The notes: generated from the sequence alone by a model not told the origin. Shown: positions 1-10,421, counted from the stretch's first letter. The stretch: 64,000 nucleotides of DNA from an uncultured Verrucomicrobiae bacterium (GCA_963765205.1 CAVXVB010000009.1:96001-160000), one strand, 5' to 3'. A program made the numbers and translations.

Positions 1-3000
1 ACGGTCGAAGGCACGACCACCCTCGGCACCAACGCCACCAGCGCCTACGAACACCTGTATGCGAATGCGGGCAACCTGGCCGCGGTGGATAACTACGGCA
101 ATGCCGCGCTGCTTTCCACTCCCGGCACCGGCTATGGTCTGTTTGACGAAAATGACGGCACGGCATTGTGGGATAATAAGTCGGGCAGTTCGTTTACCGT
201 CAACGACGCCTCTTCCATTCTGGGCCAGCCCGCTTCGCAGTTTATCAACGAAACCGGCGCCAACTTCACCAAGACCGGTGCCAACACCAGTGTGGAAAAC
301 TGGGACTTCACCAACCACGGCAACATTTCCGTCCAGCAGGGCACACTCGACTTTTCCGGGATTACCTTTAGCGATAATGGTTCGGCCAGCGCCGCCCTCG
401 GGGCCACGCTGCAATTCAATGGCGTGGCGCTCAGCGCCAACACGGTGGTGACTGGCAACGGCACCACTTTGTTGACGAGCACCGACACCGCCGCCGTCGC
501 CCTGCAATTGCAAAACGCCACCCTCACCGGCACCCTGAACGGCGTGGGCAGCCTCAATGTCTTAGGCAATTTTGCCTGGAATGGCGGCTCCCTTTATAAC
601 ACCGGCGGCGTGACGCTCAATGGCACGACCACCATCGGAGCGGGCAGTTACTACGAACACTTGGATGCCAGTCCCGGCAACCTGGCCACCGTGGACAACT
701 ATGGCAATGCCACTCTGCAAGCCACTCCCGGCACCGGCTATGGCCTGTGGGACGACAATAACGGCACAGCCGAGTGGATTAATGAGGCGGGCAGTTCCTT
801 CACCGTCAGCGATTCCGCCTCCATCCTGGGCAACCAGACCTCGCAGTTCATCAACGACAGCGGAGCCACCTTCGCCAAAACCGGCGCCAACACCAGCGTC
901 GAGAATTGGGCCTTCACGAATAACGGCACCATCTCCGTCCAACAGGGCACGCTCGATTTTTCCAACATCACTTACAACGGTAATGGCCCGGCCAATGCCG
1001 CCGCCAACACCACGCTCCAGTTTGACAACGTGATGCTGGGCAATGGCACCGTGATCAGCGGCAATGCCACCCTTTTGCTGACGGGCGCCACCACGCTGAA
1101 TGGCACGGCGCAAGTGGCGAACCTTTCCTGGCAGGGAACGGTTTCAGGCAACCTCAGCCTCACTCTGGAAGGCGTCACCACGTTGGGGTCGTCGTCGGGC
1201 AGCTATTACGAATACCTGTATGCGTCTTCCGGCAACCTGGCCACGGTGGACAACTACGGCAACGCCACGTTGTCGGGGACGCCCGGCACCGGCTATGGCC
1301 TGTATGACGATAACACCGGCACGGCGGTGTGGAACAATGAGGCGGGCAGTTCCTTCACGGTCGACGACTCCGCCTCCATTCAGGGCTATCATACCTCGCA
1401 GTTCATCAACGCCGCCGGCGCGGACTTCATCAAGACTGGCGCCAACACCAGCATTGAGAATTGGGCGTTCACCAACAACGGCACCATTTCCGTTCGGGGG
1501 GGCACGCTCGACTTTTCCAACATCACCTATGTGGGCAACGGCCCGGCCAATGCCGCCGCGAACGCCACACTCCAATTTGACAACGTGACTCTGGGCAATG
1601 GCACTGTCGTCACGGGCAACGCCACCATCCTGCTGACCAGTACCACCACACTGAATGGTTTGGCCCAGTTGGCCAACGTCTCCTGGCAAGGCACGGTGAC
1701 CGGCAACCTCAGCTTCAACCTGGAAGGCGTGACCTCGCTGGGGTCGTCCTCGGCCAATCATTACGAATACCTCTACGCCAATTCCGGCAACTCAGCCACG
1801 GTGAACAATTTCGGCAATGCCACGCTGGCGGGGACGCCGGGCATCAACTTTGGCTTGAACGACAACAACAGCGGCACGGTGGTGTGGAACAACGAGGCGG
1901 GCGGTTCCTTCACCGTCAACGACGCCACCTCCATTTTGGGCAATCACACGTCGCAATTCATCAATGACAGCGGCGCGACCTTCACCAAGACCGGCGCCAA
2001 CACCAGCTTGGAGGATTGGGCGTTTACCAATAACGGCGCCATCTCCGTCGAGCAGGGCACGCTTGATTTCACCAACATCACCTACAACGGCAACGGCTCG
2101 GTCAACGCCGCGGCAAACGCCACCGTCCAATTTAGCAACGTCGCGTTCGGCAATGGCACGGTGGTGACGGGCAACGCCACCCTCCTGCTGTCCAGCACTC
2201 TCACGCTCAACGGCTCGCTGCAGTTGCCCGGCGTCTCCTGGCAGGGCACCGTGACCGGCAACGGCACCCTGACCTTGAACGGCACGACCACCATCGGGAC
2301 CTCGAGTAGTAGCTACGAATACCTCTATGCCAGTTCCGGCAACCAGGCCGTGGTGGACAACTACGGCGAAGTTGCGCTGTCGGCGGTCCCGGGCATCATT
2401 TATGGTTTGTATGACGACGGCAGCGGCACGGCGGTGTGGTTTAATCGGGCGGGGAGTTCCTTCACCACCAACGACGCCGCCTCTATTATCGGCAACGCCA
2501 CATCGCAGTTTATCAACGAAGCCGGCGCCGATTTCACCAAAATGGGTGCCAACTCCAGCTTCGTGCAATGGAACTTCACCAACTACGGCACCGTTGAGGT
2601 GGCCAGCGGCACGCTGGACCTCGCGGGGCCCATCGCCGAAAATTCCGGCGCGAACCTCACCGGCGGCTCGTGGCTGGTGGACGCCGGCGCGACGCTCGAG
2701 TTCCCGTCCGGTTCCAATATCACGACCAATCAAGGCACGGTGATCCTCAACGGGGCCGGTTCCGTCTTTGCGGCGATCAACGACCTGGCGGTCAATGACG
2801 GCTCCTTCCAGTTGCTCAATGGCCGCGCCTTTACCGCGGTCGCTTCGCTGGCCAATGATGGCACGGCGTCGGTCAGTGGCGCCAATTCCACGTTGGACAT
2901 TCCCGGCAATCTCACGGTGGGCCAGGCCGGTGTCGGCAACCTGACCGTCGCCAACGGCGGCGCGGCCATCGTCGGGAACACGCTGATTCTCGGCAGCGGC

Positions 3001-3924
3001 GGGAGCGCGAATGGCACGGTGAACCTCGGCGTCAATGGCACAATTCAAGTCGGCGGCGTCAACGGCCTCCAGTCCGGCGCGGGCGCTTATGCCTTTAATT
3101 TCGCGGGCGGCACGCTCCAGGTCGCCGGCAGTGATTTGACCACCGCGGTCAACGCCAATTTCACCACGGCGACCACCTCGACCATTGACACCGGCGCGTT
3201 GAACGCCACCTGGTCCGGCAACCTCGGCGGCGGCGGCGGCCTGGTCAAGTCGGGTGCAGGCTCGCTCACCCTGGCGGGTAACAATTCTTACACCGGAGCC
3301 ACAACGGTCAATCAAGGCGCGCTGGTGGTCAACGGCCAGGTCACCGCCAGCGCCATCACGGTGGCCGCCGGCGCGCTCGGCGGCAACGGCACGGTTCAGG
3401 ACGTGGTGGTCAACGGCGGCATCATCGCCCCCGGCGTGGCCAATACGATCACGGCCGGAGTGGTTTCTGGTTTTGCCAGCCTCACCATCGCGGGCAACCT
3501 CGTATTGACGGGCGCGGGCAACACGCCGCTCGAGTGGCATCTCAACACCGCCGCCACCAATCAAGTCAACGCCGCCGATCTGCTCACCATCCTCGGCGTC
3601 ACCAGCTTCAACGGCACGCCCGGCGCGCCCATTGTCTTCGACTTCCAGAACACCGGCTACTTTGACGGCATTGCCTCGGACCAGACATACCTCCTCATCC
3701 AAGCCTCGAACGACCTCGCCAATCTCGGACTCTCCCTCAGCCAGCTTGCGGCGATCAACGCCGGCCCGAATAATTCCAACACGGCCGGCAGTTATTTCAC
3801 CTTTGCCGACAACGGCGACGCGCTCGAATTCGTCGTCATCCCCGAACCCTCGGCCACCGCCCTGCTCCTCGCCGCCGCCGCGCTCCTCCCCGCCCTCCGC
3901 CGCAAACGCCCAGCGCGGGCCTGA
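1..3924 (+). CDS. Large secreted beta-strand-repeat surface protein with an autotransporter-associated repeat and C-terminal PEP-CTERM sorting signal; 5' end lies outside the window
   Basis: Frame is open from base 1 (TVEGTTTLGTN...). Five internal repeats of about 184-202 aa start with VDNYGN-like motifs at 85, 691, 1246, 1801 and 2353. Contains GGLVKSGAGSLTLAGNNSYTGATTVNQGAL. Ends VIPEPSATALLLAAAALLPALRRKR. Confidence 0.9.
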   Translation, partial: TVEGTTTLGTNATSAYEHLYANAGNLAAVDNYGNAALLSTPGTGYGLFDENDGTALWDNKSGSSFTVNDASSILGQPASQFINETGANFTKTGANTSVENWDFTNHGNISVQQGTLDFSGITFSDNGSASAALGATLQFNGVALSANTVVTGNGTTLLTSTDTAAVALQLQNATLTGTLNGVGSLNVLGNFAWNGGSLYNTGGVTLNGTTTIGAGSYYEHLDASPGNLATVDNYGNATLQATPGTGYGLWDDNNGTAEWINEAGSSFTVSDSASILGNQTSQFINDSGATFAKTGANTSVENWAFTNNGTISVQQGTLDFSNITYNGNGPANAAANTTLQFDNVMLGNGTVISGNATLLLTGATTLNGTAQVANLSWQGTVSGNLSLTLEGVTTLGSSSGSYYEYLYASSGNLATVDNYGNATLSGTPGTGYGLYDDNTGTAVWNNEAGSSFTVDDSASIQGYHTSQFINAAGADFIKTGANTSIENWAFTNNGTISVRGGTLDFSNITYVGNGPANAAANATLQFDNVTLGNGTVVTGNATILLTSTTTLNGLAQLANVSWQGTVTGNLSFNLEGVTSLGSSSANHYEYLYANSGNSATVNNFGNATLAGTPGINFGLNDNNSGTVVWNNEAGGSFTVNDATSILGNHTSQFINDSGATFTKTGANTSLEDWAFTNNGAISVEQGTLDFTNITYNGNGSVNAAANATVQFSNVAFGNGTVVTGNATLLLSSTLTLNGSLQLPGVSWQGTVTGNGTLTLNGTTTIGTSSSSYEYLYASSGNQAVVDNYGEVALSAVPGIIYGLYDDGSGTAVWFNRAGSSFTTNDAASIIGNATSQFINEAGADFTKMGANSSFVQWNFTNYGTVEVASGTLDLAGPIAENSGANLTGGSWLVDAGATLEFPSGSNITTNQGTVILNGAGSVFAAINDLAVNDGSFQLLNGRAFTAVASLANDGTASVSGANSTLDIPGNLTVGQAGVGNLTVANGGAAIVGNTLILGSGGSANGTVNLGVNGTIQVGGVNGLQSGAGAYAFNFAGGTLQVAGSDLTTAVNANFTTATTSTIDTGALNATWSGNLGGGGGLVKSGAGSLTLAGNNSYTGATTVNQGALVVNGQVTASAITVAAGALGGNGTVQDVVVNGGIIAPGVANTITAGVVSGFASLTIAGNLVLTGAGNTPLEWHLNTAATNQVNAADLLTILGVTSFNGTPGAPIVFDFQNTGYFDGIASDQTYLLIQASNDLANLGLSLSQLAAINAGPNNSNTAGSYFTFADNGDALEFVVIPEPSATALLLAAAALLPALRRKRPARA

Positions 3925-4019
3925 GTCGAAGTATCTCGCCTTCGGGAGAGTTTACTCAATCCATTTTTTGATTTCGCAGTGCAATCGTTTGAATTAGGCC
4001 ATCCTGTTTTGGGAGTGTG

Positions 4020-4973
4020 TTGCTGTGTTGAAAACATAAATGGCCGCGTTTGTCCACTATCTGTGGAGGGCGTAGGCAAGGACACGCAGGGTGGCCTCTT
4101 TGAGTAATTGGGTTTCGGTGCGGCTGTTTAAGGCGCTGCCGAACTTGCGTTTGAGCGCGCTGAAGAAACTTTCCACCTGCCAGCGGCGGCCATAGCCGCG
4201 GGCCCGCAGGTGTTCCGGCGTCATGCGGGAACGCCACTGCCCCCCGAGGGTTCCGTCCGCCCGATGCACCACTGGCCGGATCAGGCTTTCGGTGCCTTGG
4301 GCGTGTGCGCGGACAGGCACCCATTCGGCGTCGTCGCCGGCGTCGGCGTAGAGCCGCGCGGGCGCGGTGGCCGCAAAGGTTTGTTCCAGCAATGGCGCCG
4401 CGTGGCATTTGTCGTTGCGCGGCCCCCAGCCCACCACCAGCCCCACGGGCAGCAGGCTGCCGCACAACACGGCGGCGGAAACTTTCACGAACCGGTGCCG
4501 TGTTCGGCCAGTGCGGCTAAGGTCATGCGCGCTGGCCACCGTCTTTTCCAGCCCGGTGGCGTCCACCGCCGCGCTGACCCGCCGCCCCTGCCGCCGGGCG
4601 GCCGCCTCGGCCGCGCCGCCCAACTGGGCCAGGATGGCCGCCGCAATGGCCTGCACCTGCGCGCGGGCGCTGAACTTTTGCAGCGTGGTGTAATGCGGCA
4701 GTTTGTCCGTGAAGCCCAGCTGCTGGCGCAACACCTCGCTGGTGGCCAGCACCTCCAACACCCCGCGGTAGGTCGTCTTGAGGCAGGCCTTCAGGAGCAG
4801 GCCACTCATCAACTGGCGTTGGGTGAAGTCGTGGCGGCTCTTGGCCGCGCCGTAGGCATCGAGGTGGCGCGCCCCCAGCCGCATCGCGAGTTCCGTAAAT
4901 CGCGCTAGGTTATTCATTCTTACAACTTGTCAGTTTGTCCCTACGGAGTCAGGTTATCTTTTCTACAGAGCAA
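4020..4973 (-). mobile_element. Insertion sequence, IS5/IS4-type DDE
   Basis: Imperfect 20-bp terminal inverted repeats: TTGCTGTGTTGAAAACATAA (4020-4039) versus the reverse complement of 4954-4973, TTGCTCTGTAGAAAAGATAA, enclosing a transposase ORF. Confidence 0.8.
4057..4917 (-). CDS. DDE transposase (IS5/IS4-like), possibly decaying
   Basis: Motifs PHYTTLQKF, VDATG, LYADAGDD (usually ADAGYD) and YGRRWQVESFFSALKRKFG. Confidence 0.85.
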   Translation of the reverse strand: MNNLARFTELAMRLGARHLDAYGAAKSRHDFTQRQLMSGLLLKACLKTTYRGVLEVLATSEVLRQQLGFTDKLPHYTTLQKFSARAQVQAIAAAILAQLGGAAEAAARRQGRRVSAAVDATGLEKTVASAHDLSRTGRTRHRFVKVSAAVLCGSLLPVGLVVGWGPRNDKCHAAPLLEQTFAATAPARLYADAGDDAEWVPVRAHAQGTESLIRPVVHRADGTLGGQWRSRMTPEHLRARGYGRRWQVESFFSALKRKFGSALNSRTETQLLKEATLRVLAYALHR

Positions 4974-4994
4974 GACAGAACTTAAAGCACCGCG

Positions 4995-5390
4995 CTACGC
5001 AACGGCGTCAGGAATGTTCATTTCAAACGGCGGGATTTTAACGTGGATGGGCTGGCCGGCGTCATCCACGCCGTGGAACGAACCGCGGGCCAGTGTGTTC
5101 ACCGCCGCCACATGGTAGCTGTTGTAGGAGAATTTTTCGCCGGGCGCGAGGGTGGGCGTCTCGCCGACGATTTTGTCTCCCTCAATGACCTCCGTCTTGC
5201 CATCGGCCTGTTCGAGGATCCATTTGCGGCCCAGCAGCGTGAAACGCCGGTCAGACAGGTTGCGGATCGTCAGGAAATAAATGAAGGCGTGCGGGCGCTC
5301 GGGCGGCAGGTTGGCCGGGTCGCGCTGGTAAATGAGCCGGTCCAGCACGACCTGCGCATTTTTCAGCTCTTCGCTTTTGGCGGAATCCAT
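4995..5390 (-). CDS. apaG: ApaG domain protein
   Basis: Motifs FIYFLTIRN, LLGRKWI, EGDKIVGETPTLAPGEKFSYNS and ARGSF. Start reset to the ATG at 5390. Confidence 0.85.
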   Translation of the reverse strand: MDSAKSEELKNAQVVLDRLIYQRDPANLPPERPHAFIYFLTIRNLSDRRFTLLGRKWILEQADGKTEVIEGDKIVGETPTLAPGEKFSYNSYHVAAVNTLARGSFHGVDDAGQPIHVKIPPFEMNIPDAVA

Positions 5391-5413
5391 GAAGGGAGTT
5401 GGAAAGAATATTA

Positions 5414-5495
5414 AACCACGGAGCACACGGGGGACACGGAGAGAGATAACGGGGAAAGTGAAAAAATGGAAGATGGAAAACACCCCTCCGTGGTT
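5414..5495. repeat. Intergenic hairpin of the nonamer-repeat (ACCACGGAG/ACCGC) family
   Basis: AACCACGGAG (5414-5423) pairs with CTCCGTGGTT (5486-5495); tandem nonamers accacggag/cacacgggg/gacacggag. Confidence 0.6.
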
Positions 5496-5505
5496 AAAAT
5501 TCTTT

Positions 5506-5715
5506 TCATCCCCCCGGCACCAGCCGGACGATTTCCAGCCGGTCGCCCTCCGTCAGCACCGTCGCGCGGGCCTCGGCCGGCGTCAGCGCCGCGCCGTTGC
5601 GCTCGACCACCACACGCTCCGGCTCGAGGCGCAGTTCGGCCAAAAACTCCGGCAGCGGGCAACCCGCGCGCGCGGTCTGCTTCCGGCCATTGGCGATCAG
5701 GGTAATTGAGTTCAA
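5506..5715 (-). CDS. thiS: Sulfur carrier protein ThiS
   Basis: 69 aa, with VVVERNG and LTEGDRLEIVRLVPGG (C-terminal Gly-Gly); adjacent to thiH. Confidence 0.92.
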   Translation of the reverse strand: MNSITLIANGRKQTARAGCPLPEFLAELRLEPERVVVERNGAALTPAEARATVLTEGDRLEIVRLVPGG

Positions 5716-5726
5716 GGCAAAGTGTT

Positions 5727-6995
5727 TTAGTGTTCTCGTGCTTGGTGCTTCGTGCTGGGTTTCCCAAACTGTAGAGGCGTCGCTGGCGACGGCCCCTCTT
5801 CGATAATCGTCGCCGTCATGGTGATGGGCGACGCCGACAAAGTCGGTTGCGACAGCGCCAAATCATGGTCCTTCCATACCGGGTCAAGGCCGCGCTGGCG
5901 CAGCATCGCGGCCACCACTTGCGGCGGGCGCTCGTCGGCGATGTGGAATTGTTCACCCGGCTGCGCGCGCGTGGGCGTCCATTGCGACTCGTCAAAATGG
6001 CTGTAGCCGCCCGGCTCGGTGCTCGAGCCCGCGCTCATATGTGTCACGCCCAGCGTGCACAGCCCGTCGCGCAACGGCGCCGGCTCGCGCGTCGAAAGCA
6101 CGATCCCCGCCGTCGGCAGCAGCAGGCGCAGCGCCGCCATCAGTTGCACCAGTTCGTGGTCGCCCAAAATATTTTCCGGCGCGACCTCGAAGCCGCCCGC
6201 CGCCGGGCGCAGCCGCGGCAGCGCGACCGTCAGGTAGCTGCTCCAGCAATGCTTCAGCAAATGGCGCGCGTGCGCCGCGAGTGCGACGGCCTCGAAGCGC
6301 CAGTCGTGCAGCCCGAACAGCGCGCCGATGCCCAGGCGGCGGAAACCGGCGGCGTGGCCGCGCTCCGCCGTGTCGAGCCGCCAGGCGTAATGCTTTTTCG
6401 GCCCCGCCGTGTGCAGGTCGCGGTAGGTCGGCTCGTGGTAGGTTTCCTGGTAAACGACCAGGCCCTCCGCCCCGGCGGCGACCAGCGGCGCGTAGTCGGT
6501 GGTCTCGAGCGGCCCGAGTTCCAGCGCGATCTGCGGCGTCAACGCCCGGCAGCGGCCGATGCACTCCGCGACGTAGCCGTTCGCGACGTATTTCGGGTGC
6601 TCGCCCGCCACCAGCAGCAGCGAGCGGAACCCGCGCCCCGCCAGCAGCCGCGTCTCGTCCTCGACCTTGGCCGCCGGCAGCGTGATGCGCGGGATGGCGT
6701 TGTGCCGCGAAAAACCGCAATACTTGCACACGTTCACGCACTCGTTCGAAAGATACAGCGGCGCAAACAGCCGGATCGTGTTGCCAAAAAAACGCCGCGT
6801 CAATTTTTGCGACTGCGCGGCCAGCTCCTCCAAATGCGGCGCAGCGGCCGGCGCGAGCAGCGCGCAAAAATCCTCCATCGTCCGCGCCCGCCCATTTTTC
6901 AGGACGGCCAGGGCTTCTTCCGCGCGCGCAGTACGCGACCGCTCGATCCAGCGGTCGAGTGGGAGGGACGGGAGGACTTGGGAAAAATAGGACAT
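5727..6995 (-). CDS. thiH: 2-iminoacetate synthase (radical SAM)
   Basis: LFAPLYLSNECVNVCKYCGF (CxxxCxxC), VYQETYH, LSTRE, MSAGSSTEPGGY, EQFHIADER. Confidence 0.93.
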   Translation of the reverse strand: MSYFSQVLPSLPLDRWIERSRTARAEEALAVLKNGRARTMEDFCALLAPAAAPHLEELAAQSQKLTRRFFGNTIRLFAPLYLSNECVNVCKYCGFSRHNAIPRITLPAAKVEDETRLLAGRGFRSLLLVAGEHPKYVANGYVAECIGRCRALTPQIALELGPLETTDYAPLVAAGAEGLVVYQETYHEPTYRDLHTAGPKKHYAWRLDTAERGHAAGFRRLGIGALFGLHDWRFEAVALAAHARHLLKHCWSSYLTVALPRLRPAAGGFEVAPENILGDHELVQLMAALRLLLPTAGIVLSTREPAPLRDGLCTLGVTHMSAGSSTEPGGYSHFDESQWTPTRAQPGEQFHIADERPPQVVAAMLRQRGLDPVWKDHDLALSQPTLSASPITMTATIIEEGPSPATPLQFGKPSTKHQAREH

Positions 6996-7288
6996 CTTTG
7001 ACCCAAGACACTATTCACGAATGGCCGGAAGACGATTCTTTTTGCAGTCCACCCATTTTGGATTCAGCCAGCCACCGCTCAATTTTCTGGTCGTCGAATT
7101 CCTTAATTTGTCGGCGGAGTGTTAGGGCAGCGCGTAGCATTAGACACGAGCACAGGAATTGCATTAGGGCAATGTCCAAACGCACTCTCATGATCAGGAA
7201 TATGACTCCAAGGATCAGAGACATCGCAACAAAAATCCATAACAGCGGCAACGCCGCTCTGTCGCGCTCCAAGTCTAATTTGAAGCTA

Positions 7289-8314
7289 GAGCATTTTCGA
7301 TTTAGATAGACGCATATTGGGCATGACCAAAGAAGCCTTGGCAATGGGTGGAGGTGAAGGAGGCGAGGGCTGGAACCAAAGCGGTTTGGAGGTCCGTGAG
7401 GGTTCGTGCGGCGGCTTGCCGAAGATGGGCTTTGAGTTTGGCGAAGGCCTGTTCGATGGGGTTGAGATCGGGGCTATACGGCGGCAGATAGCGCACGCGG
7501 GCGCCGCGGGCGGCCAGCACCGCGGCGACGCTGGCCGTTTTGTGGGTGGCGAGGTTGTCGAGGATCACGGTGTCGCCCTCCCGCAATTCCGGGCCGAGCA
7601 CTTGTTGGAGGTAGGCGGTGAACACGTCGGTGTCCACTGCGCCTTCGATCAGAAAAGGCGCAGTCACGGCGTCCACGCGCAACGCGGCGATAAAGGTGGA
7701 AGTGTGCCAGTGCCCGTGGGGCACGCGCCCGAGGCAACGCTGGCTGCGCGGGGCCCGCCCATACAGCCGCGCCATCTTGGTGTTCAAGCCGGTCTCGTCG
7801 ATGAAGACCAACCGTCGGCTGTCCCAGCTGGGCTGATCCTGGCGCCACTGGTGCCGGGCCGCTTTAACGTCGGGTTCGATCTTGCTCGGCGGCGCGCGTC
7901 GTTTTTTTTATAGCTCAAGCCCAGCCGCTCCAGCCGGTGCCACAGCGCGTTGAGGCCCAGCCGCACGCCGAGTTGCTCGCGGCAGCGCGTTTGCAGTTGC
8001 GCCAGCGTCAGGTCGGGCTGCGCCGCGATCCACGCCCGCACCTTGCGCTCATGCTCCGCCAGCCGGGAGCGGCGGCAGCCGCCGATTTGTTTCGGCCGGC
8101 AGTGGCCCCGGCGGCGGTATTGGTTCCAGAAGCGTTCGGCGCTGCTGCGGCTGACCCCAAAACGGCGGCAGACCTCGCCCGTGCCTTCCCCGGCTTCGCA
8201 CGCCCGCACGATGCGCTGGCGCAAATCTTCCGAGAGTGGTTTCATGGTGGTGGCCTCCTTTTCCACCATTATACACCGCTTTCAGCAATACGTCTATTTA
8301 AATCGAAAATGCTC
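7289..8314 (-). mobile_element. IS630-family insertion sequence with TA target duplication
   Basis: 26-bp inverted repeats (including TA) at 7287-7312 and 8291-8316, one mismatch: TAGAGCATTTTCGATTTA(G/A)ATAGACG. Confidence 0.93.
7302..8245 (-). pseudogene. IS630 transposase in two ORFs (HTH orfA, DDE orfB) with an A8C slippery site plus one extra base
   Basis: orfA MKPLSEDLRQRIV...LSYKKN; orfB VFIDETG...ILDNLATHK...LPPYSPDLNPIE. The -1 frame reads KKTTRAAEQDR but stops unless one base near 7875 is removed. Confidence 0.85.
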
Positions 8315-8467
8315 TAAGTCGTGACTTCAGGCTCATGCGGTTAATTTAACCCAAACCCGTCGGGACTCAAGCCCCATTCTTTATTTCCATTCAGCGGTCA
8401 AGCGGAAGGGTGGGGGAGGATTTTGGAAAAGACGCCATGGCAGAAATTCAGCATTCAGCAATCAGCA

Positions 8468-9256
8468 TTACCCCAAAAACGCCGTCAGCGGACTGGTGGC
8501 CGAGGCGCGTTGTCCGGCGTCCGGCAACCCCGTTTCATACGCCGCGCGGCCCGCTTCGACCGCCAGCGCAAACGCCTGCGCCGCGCGCACCGGGTCGGGC
8601 GAGATGGCAATGGCGGTGTTGACCAGCACCGCGTCCGCGCCCATTTCCAGCGCCTCGGCGGCGTGGGACGGGCGGCCAATCCCCGCGTCCACCACCACTG
8701 GCACGCGCGCCTGCTCGATGATGATGGCGATTTGCGCGCGCGTTTCGATGCCGCGGTTCGAGCCGATGGGCGCGCCCAGCGGCATCACCGCCGCGCACCC
8801 CGCGTCCTGCAACCGCAGCGCCAGCACCGGGTCGGCGTTGATGTAGGGCAGCACGACAAACCCCTCGCGCACGAGGATTTCCGCCGCGCGCAACGTCTCG
8901 ATGGGGTCGGGGAGCAGGTAATTCGGGTCGGGGTGGATTTCGAGCTTCACCCATTTCGGCAAACCCGCCGCCGCGCCCAGCCGCGCTAGCCGCACGGCCT
9001 CGTCCGCGTTCATCGCCCCCGCCGTGTTCGGCAGCACGAGGTATTTGTCCGGCTCCAGAAAATCCAGAATATCGGCAAACGGGTCATGCTTCCCCGACAA
9101 GTCCGCGCGCTTGAGCGCCACCGTCGCCAGCGCCGGCCGGCCCGCCGCAAGGGTCTCCTTCATCAGCGCCGGCGACGAAAATTTCCCCGTGCCGATGAAC
9201 AGCCGGGACGCAAACGTGCGCCCGCCGAGGAGGAGGGGTTGGTTATGGAGGGGCAT
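8468..9256 (-). CDS. thiG: Thiazole synthase
   Basis: [66 protein letters not shown]. Confidence 0.96.
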   Translation of the reverse strand: MPLHNQPLLLGGRTFASRLFIGTGKFSSPALMKETLAAGRPALATVALKRADLSGKHDPFADILDFLEPDKYLVLPNTAGAMNADEAVRLARLGAAAGLPKWVKLEIHPDPNYLLPDPIETLRAAEILVREGFVVLPYINADPVLALRLQDAGCAAVMPLGAPIGSNRGIETRAQIAIIIEQARVPVVVDAGIGRPSHAAEALEMGADAVLVNTAIAISPDPVRAAQAFALAVEAGRAAYETGLPDAGQRASATSPLTAFLG

Positions 9257-9341
9257 CGGAAGGCGAAGAATAAAGGATGAACGATGAGGGATGAAGGATG
9301 AAATGAAGAAGAGTGAAGTGCAAACCTCGTGTGATGCTCCG

Positions 9342-9366
9342 GTAGGGACGCCTCTCCGAGGCGTCC
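9342..9366 (+). repeat. GTAG-type REP-like palindrome
   Basis: GTAG + GGACGCCTC-tcc-GAGGCGTCC (perfect 9-bp stem). Confidence 0.7.
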
Positions 9367-9389
9367 GCTTGTTCTCTTAAATCTAAGTG

Positions 9390-10169
9390 CTAAAGACGGG
9401 TTTTAATCTTTTGCCAGATACCATCCACTGCTTTTCGTTCATAAAACGGTTTTTGGTTTGTGAAATAACCCGACAGTCCAGAGCCATCGTAATACACCAT
9501 ATCAACAAATTTTTGTTTTTTTGGCACGCTTTCAATAACTATGCCACTTTCCCCTGAAACACGATCAAAAGCAGATTGATCCTCCAAGCCAATGCAAAGC
9601 AATAATCCTCCCTCTTTATTTCTTTCAGGGTTAATGTAGAATGCAATCCAGGCGGCTTTAACCGTTTTTATGCCGGTGTAAAGGCGAGACAGTGCCGCAA
9701 CCAATTCATGAGGATAATCTTTGGGCTGGCCAATCATCACTCTCATCTCCTTTTGCGCGACGTATCGTTCTCGCGGCGTGAAAATTGATCCGTCAAGTAA
9801 CCGTGTAATTTCATCTGGGAAAAACTCCTTTCCGTAACTCGCGCCCGGATTCATCAAAAGGTAAGACCCCTTGGTCATCTCGAAAAAAGCCCTGGCATCC
9901 AGCAGGAGGAAGTTAACTCCGGGCTGGATGCGTGCTTCGGATGTGAAAAAGGGTACGCACTTATGTCCATTGAATTCTATATTGACCAAACTAATTTGAG
10001 TGCCAGTTTGAATTATGCCATCTACAATTGCCGGAGGCGTCCCTGCGGGTATGATGCAAACCTTTGAATCGAGCAGTTCACGTAGAAACAGTGGTCGCGC
10101 TGCCGGATCATTCGCTGCATTGAGTAGCGCATGCTCAAGTAAATTGGTCGGTTTGAATTCCACATTCAT
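9390..10169 (-). CDS. sseB: Enhanced serine sensitivity protein SseB family (N- and C-terminal domains)
   Basis: NLLEHAL..AANDPAARPLFLRELLDS, VPFFTS, LMNPGASYGKEF, IGQPKDYP. Confidence 0.8.
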   Translation of the reverse strand: MNVEFKPTNLLEHALLNAANDPAARPLFLRELLDSKVCIIPAGTPPAIVDGIIQTGTQISLVNIEFNGHKCVPFFTSEARIQPGVNFLLLDARAFFEMTKGSYLLMNPGASYGKEFFPDEITRLLDGSIFTPRERYVAQKEMRVMIGQPKDYPHELVAALSRLYTGIKTVKAAWIAFYINPERNKEGGLLLCIGLEDQSAFDRVSGESGIVIESVPKKQKFVDMVYYDGSGLSGYFTNQKPFYERKAVDGIWQKIKTRL

Positions 10170-10369
10170 TTGAGCGAACGCCAGAATTCTTCTTCAGTCA
10201 GCCCGCACACTTTACCCGAGACGATGTCTTCGATGCGGCGAATGCCTTCTTCGATGGCGTCCGCTTCGTTGGGCACCGGCCCGACGCTCTCCACCAGTTT
10301 GCGCGCGAGTTGCAACCGCTCCTCGACGGGCAGTCGCAACGCCGATTTCTCCAGTTCCGCGATGGACAT
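10166..10369 (-). CDS. Putative addiction-module antitoxin component, with no adjacent toxin
   Basis: 67 aa, ALRLPVEERLQLARKLVESV...EGIRRIEDIVSGKV, the typical pattern of this small family. Confidence 0.75.
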   Translation of the reverse strand: MSIAELEKSALRLPVEERLQLARKLVESVGPVPNEADAIEEGIRRIEDIVSGKVCGLTEEEFWRSLK

Positions 10370-10421
10370 GAAATTAAATTAGGCCAAATCGAGCCGGGCC
10401 GCAAGTGCGATGTTGCCGGGT

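Larger units (their letters stand above)
7015..8336 (-). pseudogene. 97-aa small membrane protein gene interrupted by IS630 after about codon 7
   Basis: Removing 7287-8314 (the element plus one TA) restores an in-frame ORF, MSLKSRLSFKLDLERDRAALPLLWIFVAMSLILGVIFLIMRV...SSGHS, from the ATG at 8336. Confidence 0.8.

Noticed and set aside
1792..3702. 636-aa antisense ORF, and other long shadow ORFs such as 39781-41745, 45119-46489 and 5847-7001
   Set aside because: They lie opposite well-supported genes, have no recognisable motifs, and are expected from high-GC codon bias.
9257..9389. TPP riboswitch expected upstream of thiG
   Set aside because: No CUGAGA or other TPP aptamer core is visible on the minus strand; the region holds heptamer repeats and a REP-like hairpin.
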